This document shows, in pieces, positions 24,401-36,400 of a stretch of 64,000 bases of DNA; within the stretch, counting starts at the first letter, position 1; every line of letters begins with the position of its first letter. Under the pieces are notes generated by a model, which searched no databases, was not told the origin of the DNA, and saw nothing but the letters and a program-made list of their open reading frames with translations. The stretch is from Antedon mediterranea (Eukaryota; Animalia; Echinodermata): NCBI RefSeq assembly GCF_964355755.1, contig NC_092670.1, positions 41,315,609-41,379,608 on the forward strand. The letters run 5' to 3'. The position numbers and the translations under genes were made by a program.

Positions 24401-27400
24401 ATATTGCTGCAGTTAACCTTCATATCATACTTCAATTGTTAAATCTATTGACATTATTCTTCAGGAAAAGGGCGGTTCAACTATTCGTTTGATACTAAAA
24501 CTGTGCAATGATGCATATAATTTTATATAGTTGAAATACAATAAACCATGAAAATCGGATATGACGTGCATATCGTAGTTCATGGTGCTGTGTTAAATAC
24601 AGCAGTCTACGCAGTGAACTTCAACGTTGTATATTTCAAACGATTGTCAATTATTACGAACAATATTTCTTCTGGTGACAATGGAATTGAGGATTTTTAT
24701 GTGTATATTGTGTTTCACTGCCTCATTAAATGGTAAGTTATTGATTTGAATTATATATTTTGATAACTAATCTCCTTTAAGTATTACACTGTGTATTGTA
24801 AATTGCAAAGTGCTAGATGTGATCAATTATTAACAAAAGAAAACCCAGATTTGAGTACCGTACATGATTCTCTCTTATTATCTTTAACGCCTAGACCTGA
24901 TTACAATCCATTAGTTAGAACATTTTATAGTATTCCTTTCGATTCTAAGAAAAGTAAAAGTAAACACACATTGTATTGTAAACATATTGTAAAAATTGTG
25001 ATTAATTATGGAACAGACCCAATTGACCTACATTTTAGTTAGATGCCTGTTGGATTATGTAATAATAAGTAATTATAATCTATGAAATTCGCCAAGCTTT
25101 GAAGACGCAGTGAAAATTATATACCGTATTTATTAAATAAACGCCCACTTTGAATACACTCTCCCTCATAAACTCCCCAATAGATCATCGTTTGGAATAA
25201 ACGCCCCACCACCAATACACGGGGGCCTTTATTTTTTCCTCAAATAAACATGCATGTACACACAATATTATTATAACACATTTCTATTGTAGTGGAATTC
25301 ATTGACTTCCATGATCTCGATATATATCTTGATATTAATATTATTGCATTCTTTCATGTGTGATTTAACTAACCGAACCCTCTAAATAATCTTATCACTA
25401 TAAACTACAGTATCCTATGGTAGGCTGCTCGCGACACTGCCGTGTTTTTAACGTCGGTAGACGTAATGCAGCTTATGTATGTTTTATAGTTGACGTAAAC
25501 GTACGAAATAATCTGTTTGGTATTCAAAGGTTTAGAATAATAAGTCTTTGTTTCCAACTGTTTCTGGTTACAGCAACGCAAATGATGTGCACTAAGGTGT
25601 CATTTATATGTGATTTGTTTCGTTGTCCCCCATTGGCTATCTGAAATTCAATACCAACCAATTAACTGTCAAAACTAGTTTACGCCTGTTTTGCTACCTA
25701 ATTTCTTGTTCATTCAAATTCAATTAAAGAGACAGTTTTTTTACTTTTTAAAAATATAAAAAATATACAATTGATTATTATTAAATATATAATATAATGC
25801 AAGCATGTAGTATTTTTTTTATCGTTAATTAATTAGTAATCTGGTCACAAATAATAATGCTGCTTGTATTTTATAACCAGCACATTTTGTAATTACGTGC
25901 CATTTCAAACACCATAGATTAACCGTACTGATCATTGAGTTCAAGGGTGTGAGTGCCTAGCAGCTGAACTTTTATTGATCATTTACATCCTGTTCCGACA
26001 AATCGTTCATCATAATTATTATTATTACGCTGTAGCAATACCTGTTAAATGCAGGCCACGTAAAAGAGAAAAGTTGTTGATTTTTTTGTAAATCCGAGGT
26101 GGAGAAGTTTAAAAAAAAATGGTAAAAAGGACAAAAAAAGTGAATGTTTTGTTCTGTGTATCGTTATGTTTCTCTTCTAAATTACTTTATTCAAATGCTT
26201 GCACAGTAAATTACAACATACACACCATCTGAGTACCATTTTCTACAAGTAGCTTTGAAATGGAACTTTGCCTGTTAATGTCGCCGTTTTCAGATCGGCA
26301 AGGAAAAAACTTAACTGTCGGAGTTACATTCGGATGCCTGTTTTCCTGTCGACGTTATTCGACGCTATCGTCGTTGATCGTTAACATCGACGATCGTTTG
26401 AAAACGATCAAGTTGAAATGATAACGATAGCGAGTAGGCCTACCTTTTCCTGTAAATCATTAACATTTCAATGTTTGCGTAGAAGATTGCCGATTATTGT
26501 TAAGCCTGTTTTTCTGTCGACGTTAATCGACGCTATCGTTAACAATAATCGGCGATCTTCTACGTAAACATTGAAATGTTAACGATTTACAGGAAAAGGT
26601 ACTCGCTATCGTTATCATTTCAACTTGATCGTTTTCAAACGATCGTCGTTGAACTGTTAACGATCAACGACGATAGCGTCGAATAACGTCGACAGGAAAC
26701 AGGCTTTAACGATAGCGTCGACAGGAAAACATACTTTAGTAGGTGAAGACGTTCTTTTTTACGTAGCCTAATGTACGTAAATGGTTGTGTTTCTCATCCT
26801 ATCCAGAGTAACTGCTCTTTTGTGACAAGTCACTTGGTAACCGATTTTGCTACTGTACTGACACTTGAAGTTTAATGCTTATACTCTACATTGCGTAATT
26901 GTTGGCTTATTTTGGCATGCAATGTGATTTACTTAAGTTTGCCATTTTTCAATGAATGACATTCTCTGCTGATGACACTGTTGTTGACGAATATTATTTT
27001 GCCGTAGGATAATTTCGGTGTGAATAGACACCAATATGCGTACTAGCCGCAAGGTCTCGTAGACATTATGAATGATGCTTTGCAATGTTATCTCTCCCTT
27101 AAATGATTCTTCATTGTTTTGAATTTCAATGATATTTATTTATATAATTTTTTCTACGAATCTTTGGAGCATCAGGGGGTTAGCTATAATTTCAAAACGT
27201 GTGTATTTTAATATTCACACTAAATAAGTAGGACATGGATGCCATTGATTTAGAAATAAATTTAGTAAATAAAGCCAAGCAGCGAATGTGGTATTAGATA
27301 GGCCTAGTACTACACTATGCATGAGTGTTTTTAAATATAGAATTTACTTTTATTCGATTGTCTTTGAAATATTTGGAACGAGTCCATAAATAGTCCACTG

Positions 27401-30400
27401 TAGGCGCGAGATTTTGCTTGTTTTGGCGTAGACAGCGGATGTTAGCATTGCTTATATTAGTCCCTTGTTTGATTTACTGGCAAGGAATATGCTAGTCTAG
27501 TGAGAGGGTGGCGAGTTTTAAGCAATAAAGAAACGGAAATTAATCCGTATTGATTGCATTCATTGCTCCTTAGGTTTAAATGTATGTGCCCATATTGTGA
27601 ATATTGTTACTGGTAACATTATGCACCAAAAATATGATACAATAGTACACTTAGGCCATACTATTATATGGCCTAGGCCATACTATTATATGGCCTAGTA
27701 GGCCTAACTTATTAAAAATTAATATGGTACATAAAAAGTAGAAAACGATAGCACACAGATAAAAATGTTTCCCACAATAAAAAAATAAATAAATATTAAA
27801 ATATGATACAATAAGTAGACTTCATTTAGGCCATCTACTATGGCCTAGTATAGGCCTACATTGCTTTTTTAATTTATTTTACACAATAGCACACAGCTAA
27901 AAATGTTTGCATTACAATAAATAAATAAATAGTAAAATATGATACAATAAGTAGACTTCATTTAGGCCAACTACTATGGCCTAGTATAGGCCTACATTGC
28001 CTTTTTTAATTTATTTTACACAATAGCACACAGCTAAAAATGTTTGGATTACAATAAATAAATAAATAGTAAAATATGATACAATAAGTAGACTTTATTT
28101 AGGCCATGTCTACTATGGCCTAGTATAGGCCTACATTGCTTTTTTTAATTTATTTTACACAATAGCACACAGCTAAAAATGTTTGCATTACAATAAATAA
28201 ATAAATAGTAAAATATGATACAATAAGTAGACTTCATTTAGGCCATGTCTACTATGGCCTAGTATAGGCCTACATTGCTTTTTAAATTTATTTTACACAA
28301 TAGCACACAGCTAAAAATGTTTGCATTACAATAAATAAATAAATAGTAAAATATGATACAATAAGTAGACTTCATTTACAGTAGGCCATCTACTATGGCC
28401 TAGTATAGGCCTACATTGCTTGTTTAATTTATTTTACACAATAGCACACAGCTAAAAATGTTTGCATTACAATAACAATTAATTGAAAGTAGGAAAGAGT
28501 ATTGTTAGAAATATGAAATCGCACTGGTGTCCTTATACTAGTGAAAATAACATGTTACCTAGTATTTTACAATTTCACTTATTTTTTGCATCTAAATCAC
28601 AGGTGAACGTGTTAGAAGAAAGGCATATATACCAAATTTCAACGGTAAGTTTAATGTACAGTATATGATGTAAAAAGTTCCACAACCTATAACGTGTGAA
28701 AATTAAGAATATACTAATAATGGTTGTGTTACCATAGTCTCTTCAATATCATTAATCATTATAATCATCACCGTGTTCTTTTTGTAATAATCTTTATTTA
28801 TATACTAATTTTATATTATTATTATTACTATATATATATACTGATATGCATGATATAAACCAATATCGTTGTTTTATTTCCCAACATATTTTGGGAACAT
28901 TACGCTGTATTATTGTTGTTGTTGGCACCATAAGTATTGCGCTACGCACGTTTACTAACATTATGATATTTATAGGGGTCTGTTGGAGTCCTTGGTTTAG
29001 TGATGATATTACAAATTCCAGAACTGATTTGGAAATTGAAACTATTTCTGTTGTTCAGAACATTTTTCCCAACCGAACGTGTGACGTTCCTATTGATATA
29101 CAATGCAGAACGGTAGACACTCATATACCATATAATGAAACTGTTGAAAATGTTCTTTGCATTGTTGAATATGGTTTACAATGCCGTAAGGTCAGAGATA
29201 TACGTTGCTCTGATTACGAAATACGAATTGCATGTCCATGCAATGTCAGTAGTCAAGTTGTTACAGACACATATGGCAGCTCAACTGAAACTTCTGACAT
29301 CTCGGGAAAAGTTGATCCTCTAAAGTCAACGTCAGATAGTACGACCTTCTATATAAGTTCCACATCGGAATTTAAAGACGCTAGGTCCTATAGTGATTAC
29401 ACCACCACTACTGACGATTATGAAATAACCACAAATATGATAGAAAGAGCGGAAAGTACAACTGATCTGGAATCATTTATGAATAAATCATCGACAACAA
29501 GAGAATTAACCTCAAAAGTTGAAGGTACTTCCATATCTGTATACAGTTCGTTGTGGTCTACCATTTGATAAAGGTGCGCACATGGGTCTTGACAATGCAC
29601 AAAATACATTTAGTTTCAGGCACTTTTAGTTTCTATAGCACAATCTATATTCCTTTCTGGTGTGTGGAAATTAATTAACAAAACAAAACAATTGTACAAT
29701 ATGTAAGCACATATTTATAATGCTTAACACCATTCAAGGTATTCCTGGGTATTCAGTACTACTAGGATTTCTGGAAGAAGTGTGCACATATTATTTCATA
29801 TTGGTTTAAGAAGAAAAATAATAGCATTAGAATAATTAATAATAATAATAATTAATTTATTTAATTTGTATTATTTATATAATAATGTATTTAGACAAAT
29901 GTTGGACACCTTGGTTGGATGATGAACGTTTAGGTATATCAACTGACAGTGACAATATTGAGACTGAGAAATTATCTACATTTAGAAGACATGATAGTTC
30001 GCTGGTTTGCTCAGATCCAGAACGGATAGAATGCCGTAGAGTTGTTGACAAAATTCCATCAGGAAACGAAGTGTCGCGATGTGACGTCACTTACGGTTTA
30101 AAATGTATAGATAGAAAAGACATTGAATGCGCAGATTATGAGATACGCATACTTTGTCCAACACCATGTCATCCCAACGGAACTCGCTATGCCTTGACTT
30201 CAACGGGTAAGTTCAAATAAACACGTATCTTGGGCTTGTAATTGCATTTGATTGACTATTTCAATTACAATGTATTATTATCTTTCAGTTAGTCCTGTTG
30301 ATTTTATGTTAACAACTGGAAAAGGATCTGACGAACCAATTGCAACAGTTGATGTAGGCCTCAATACAAACACAGTAACAAGTATATTAACAGACTTATC

Positions 30401-33400
30401 ACCATCAAAAGATTATTATACAAATAGTTATATTCAACCGACTCTGAAAACAACAGAAATTAGTGAAACCGCAGCCCAACCAACTACTAGCAAAGAGCCA
30501 ATTCAAATAAGTGAAACTTATAGAAGTACTCCATTTAAGACATCAATTAATCCATCTATATCAACAGACACCATAGTAGAATTAACCAATGTGATTGGAA
30601 GCACATCCCAACCACCTTCGTTTGTGTCACATAAAACTACTAGCAAAGAGCCAATTCAAATAAGTGCAACTTATAAAAGTACTCCATTTAAGACATCAAT
30701 TAATCCATCTATATCAACAGACACCATAGTAGAATTAACCAATGTGATTGGAAGCACATCCCAACCACTTACTACTGCTATCGAACAACCAGAAATTGAA
30801 CCAACCATCCTTGGTACGAATCTGTCGCCAACAAAAACTACAGAACACATGGGTTCAACCACAACTCAACTATTAACACACACTGAGGCAACTACAACAG
30901 AATCGACAGCAGAGATATCAACACAGTTTTTAGAAACAGAACGTTTCAGTAAGTTTAGTCATGGTAATTTTCCATGGTTTAGTAATGATTTTTGGATACT
31001 GGGTTTTAGGAAAATGTGACAAAACCAGATTTTCTACAATATACCTCTAAATAATTATTTTATTGGTCTCAGTCGGTTATATTGCTATAATGTATGTTAC
31101 TATATATCTAATTATTAACGTAATAATAATCACTTTTATGTCTTGCTTCGCGTTTGAAAAAAATATTTGTTTTGCATGATTAATGATTATATTCCGTTGT
31201 TGACATTCGTATAATATTAGTAGCATGCATCTTGCGCTTACTACGTGAACCACTGTGTATCGATAATACGGTTGCAAAATACAGGTAATTACATCTTTTT
31301 ATTTAAATAAAATATATACTGTATATACATCAATAGTATGATTACGACAATGTATCGTTTGTACTTTGAATAAATATAACTGGACACTTTGTACTTAAAA
31401 CATGCCTAACTGCTTTTATTTGTGTATATAGCTGCAGCTCAAGTTGAGAATTTTCAAGGTTGTGGATCGACATATTCTTGTTATAATGGAGGAGTTTGTT
31501 ATAGACCAAAGGTGGCAAGTAACAGACGTAAATGCAACTGTACAAATGGCTGGGAAGGAAGGAAATGTAACAAAGGTGAGAAATTACAAAAACAAACAAC
31601 AAACTTAACAACACTGCGTGTATAGTCCTAATTAGGCACATGAATTATAAACTGCCCGGTGATATACGAATTACTGAAATTTAATTAATTAATTTGAAAC
31701 GATAAAGGTGAGGAAATCTGTGAGAATGAGAAAAAGTCACCAACCGAGGCGTAAGTCGAAAACTGTAATTTCAAAATAAAGACCTATTGTGTAAATTGAA
31801 AGCGATTCTAAAAGTTTATTTAAAATAAATTTAGTTATATTATAACATTATAGTAATTTATATCAATTTGGTTACTATTTATGTGCTCATTTTCAGATGG
31901 TCAAGCACCTGTAATTGAATGCCCATCAAACATCAAACGAGTGGTTAACTCTGCTGATGACTCGCGCTATGTCTCATGGGATAGTCCGATTGTCACGGAT
32001 AACGACAGACGTCATAACTCTACTGTTCGTTCAAATGTATCATTTGGGTTGTTTAATGTTGGTAAAGTTATTGTTGAATATACAGTTAAAGATTATGCCG
32101 GTAACGTCGGTAAACCATGTACATTCAAAGTATTGCTCTTTGGTAAGTAAAGTAAGAAGCAGATGTAAGTAAAGATGTAAGTTAGTGTTAGCATGCTCTT
32201 TTTAAAATAATGATTTGTTACAAATAAATGAAAATGTAAAGAACAGATTAAAAAATGTCAATGTTTAACATTAACAATTATAACTTTATGTTAAAATTAA
32301 TATTTATTTTTACGGCTAAAATCATTTCGGTCACGTTTCAAATCTGTCGCGTTTCAAATCTGTAACGTAATTATGTCAATTCTTAAGACCGTACCCTTTA
32401 GTATGCTACCTGTTGTTGAGCGTCAGTTTAAGTTGTCAATTCTTAAGACCGTACACTTCAGTATGCTACCTGTTGTTGAGCGTCAGTTTAAGTTGTCAAT
32501 TCTTAAGACCATACACTTTAGTATGCTACCTGTTGTTGAGCGTCAGTTTAAGTTGTCAATTCTTAAGACCGTACACTTCATGATGTTACCTGTTGTTGAG
32601 CGTCAGTTTAAGTTGTCAATTCTTAAGACCATATAGACCACATAGTTACATATGTAAATGCATTATTTACAGAAGTGTACAAAATATCCAAATTAATACA
32701 ACATTGTATGTATTATTATTATTAATAAACAATCTATAGCAAACCAGAACTAAACACAACAACCCTCCAAAATATAATCTGATTTAACACAATGCAATGC
32801 GATTGTATAACAAATATCTATTTGCATAGGAAGCCATGTGGTGCTGTGACGCCGAGTGTGACAAAATGAATTAATTATCATGACAGAAATGATCGGTTAC
32901 CTGTTTTACTTTTTTGTTAAACATGTAATGAACTTGTATTTTAATCAAATAAAAAGACCACTAACAACCGTCTTCATGTTTGTCTTTATTTAAACGTTTC
33001 AATAACAATACAGCATAAATGTCGTTATACATACATGTTAGTATACACTCTGTAATACATGTATAAACATAATTCAGAATATTGAAATAGGCCTGCATAA
33101 GATAGGTAACACACACACACGCACACACACATGTATTCATAGGCCTATATACAATTAATATAAATTATGCAAGTGCAATATATAAAAAAAGCTGCTAAAA
33201 CAGCATTCTGAAATGCAATGTTAGCCCACTAGTACAGGGCATAAATACTTTTACGGATGATTGACAATTAGAAAAAGTAATCAAGATGTATGTTGAATAT
33301 CTAAATTAACGGCCACAGCGATATGCTAATAAAATGTTGAAAACAAAATTATAGTATTAGGCAAAAGGTGTTTGAGGAAAGATGAGGCAAAGATTTGATG

Positions 33401-36400
33401 TTATTAAAACTTGTTTGTCTTGCTAGATATGATTAGTTGTGAAGGTAAGTAAATAAAATCATACTATTTGTTGTATTTTATCCATTTTTGTATTGATAAC
33501 ATTATTTTCAACTCATTACAGTCGGATGCAAGTACAGTAAGGTTTCAAACCTCACATGGCGAAGAGTTGAAATAAACAAATATAGATCATCGGAAGAAAA
33601 ATGTCCGGAGGGCACTCCTAGAGGTTTTTATTTTTAACAATTTAACAAAACTAATTGTCTACTCTACATTCATCGTATTTTTATATACGTTTTTTTTTTA
33701 TTATTACCATTTTTCTTTCATGTTACCGAAATTCATGTATAAAATTAGGCATTCTTGTTTTTTTCATTGTTCGTGTAAATAAACTGAAACTGAATAAAGC
33801 ATATTAAGATTAATGTACAGTATTTGATTTGTTTAAAAAGCTGGAATGCCAAAAGGTACACGTTACTGTGGAACAGATGACGATGGAAATGCATTATGGA
33901 TGTCGCCAAATATTGAGGATTGTTTACAAAGCCGGGCAACAACTCCAAAAATGTCTTATGAAGAGAGAGAAAAAGAAATAGTTAATCTTAGTGAGGTTGT
34001 TACTTTTACATTACAGTATATTTTATAATCAATTACTTAGAAATATGTAAACATTTTGAAACCTTCCATAAAACGAAATCTATAATAAACTGTAGTCACA
34101 TTTTATGATGCTTATTCACATCAAATATTGTATTACTTATGCAGGCAACCATTACCTTAGAAAACGTGTCAGCAGTTGCTGATGATTTGACAGCTTTGAC
34201 GAATGGCGTAGATGTTTTGTCTGTAGAAATGTTAAATGCTATTGCTGATACTTTGGATAATATTGTAAATGTCGGTTCAACTTCATTACAGGTAAATTTT
34301 AAAAATTATTAAATCATAAGAATTTTCATTTAAGCTTGAGATATTTGCAGAATCCATAAATGTAATCATTTACGTCTTTAAGTTGGTATTTCTTCATTTA
34401 TGCTATGTATATAAATTATTTATAATTGTCTGTAAACAAATAACATCTGTGATCCGATATGTTTAGGTGACAGAGGCAGTGTTTTCTACAGTAAGCAATT
34501 TACTTTCAGCTGAATTTGGTGAAGGTAGTGACGTCGCAAGTTCATCAACTAAAATCGTCAGGGCAGTGGATACTCAAGTGTCTTCTACTCAGCAAGGACA
34601 AGGTACAGTAATGACAACCAAAAGTCACTTTTCACCAATACAAATTTTATTTATAAAACTTCCACAAATGTTGTAACTTTAATATTGTATTTAATTTTTA
34701 TATTCAAATGTGAAATGAAAATGCGATTTAAGTGTTGTTCTTTACATTGCGTTTATTTACCCAAACGTACTGTATCATATTTATGAATTAATTTAATACC
34801 ACATTCGTTATTAGAGTGTCGGATCAATTATTGTTACCTCCGCCAAGAAGGATATATTTTCACCCCTGTATGTGATGTGTGTGGGTGTGCGTGTGTCTGT
34901 GAACAGCCTGGAGACCACAGTTTTCATCCGAATCTGGCCAAATTTGGTCACAATGATTTATGCCCCAAAAGCTCGGAGAAGTTCGATTTTGAGAGGAAAG
35001 GGTCATAGGTCAAGGTCACAACTAACAAAAAAACTATTTTACTGCCTACAGACCACAATTTTTATCTGATTCTCACCAAACTTAACCACAATGATCAATG
35101 ACTTATCATATAAATGTGGTTACATTTTGAAGGGTCAGGGTCAAAGATCAAGGTCAAAAAAAAAAAAAAAGAAATAAAAAAATAATAATATTAAAAAAAA
35201 ACCTCTGCGGGAATTGAACCAGCGATCTCAACTGTGAGAGGCTGAATACATAACCATTACACCAAACTCTCATCCACAACTTTGTAGTGTGCAGTTACTA
35301 ATAAAAAAAAATATATTTATATATATATATTCCGTAGGGGAATTTTACAGTAGGCGGAGGTTTGTACCCTCGGAGTACCCTCTAGTTGTTAATGTGTTAG
35401 TATAGTTGTTATAAAATTATGATATTATTTTTGTTATTTTCAATATTATCATTTCTCAGACAGTTTTCAAGTAAAAGATGTTAATCTAGCTGTTTTAGCA
35501 AGCACTAACAATCGAAGTGTGCTAGAAGGTGGCTTGGGATTTGCATCTTTTTCAAATGATAACACTGGATTAGAAAATACTAAATGGCGAAGTTTTCAAA
35601 ACGAAAATGCTGTTCCTTTATCAGGGATTGACGTATCTTGTAAAATTCCAGAAGAAATAGGCAATTATGTAGGGTCAGGTAACTCGTTTATATCTCCATT
35701 TAACATCAAAAATATGTTTTAAAATTCTTTTGTATTTATGACTTGGATTATACAAACCTATTTATTGTTAAGAATCCTTGAACGAACTGTAAATCAATGC
35801 AATCTATAAAATACATTTTATTATTTGAATTAATTAAAACGGGTGATATTTGTCTGTGAATTAAGGCAAGAGGGATACTTCATTATATATATAGGGAGCG
35901 TGTATACCTCATCAAATTAAGGCAAGAGGGATACTTCATTATATATATAGGGAGCGTGTATACCTCATCAAATTAAGGCAAGAGGGATACTTCATTATAT
36001 ATAGGGAGCGTGTATACCTCATCAAATTAAGGCAAGAGGGATACTTCATTATATATATAGGGAGCGTGTATACCTCATCAAATTAAGGCAAGAGGGATAC
36101 TTCATTATATATAGGGAGCGTGTATACTTCATCGAATTAAGGCAAGAGGGATACTTCATTATATATATAGGGAGCGTGTATACCTCATCAAATTAAGGCA
36201 AGAGGGATACTTCATTATATATAGGGAGCGTGTATACCTCATCGAATTAAGGCAAGAGGGATACTTCATTATATATAGGGAGCGTGTATACCTCATCGAA
36301 TTAAGGCAAGAGGGATACTTCATTATATATAGGGAGCGTGTATACCTCATCGAATTAAGGCAAGAGGGATACTTCATTATATATATAGGGAGCGTGTATA

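Noticed and set aside
25122-25250. TACCGTATTTATT...ATAAACGCCC pogo/Tigger-like MITE end
   Set aside because: Only one plausible terminus was seen, with no matching TIR or TSD.
31221-31284. Possible extra aGPCR exon (AG...CAG|GTAATT)
   Set aside because: No acceptor/frame combination fits the phase-1 neighbouring exons.
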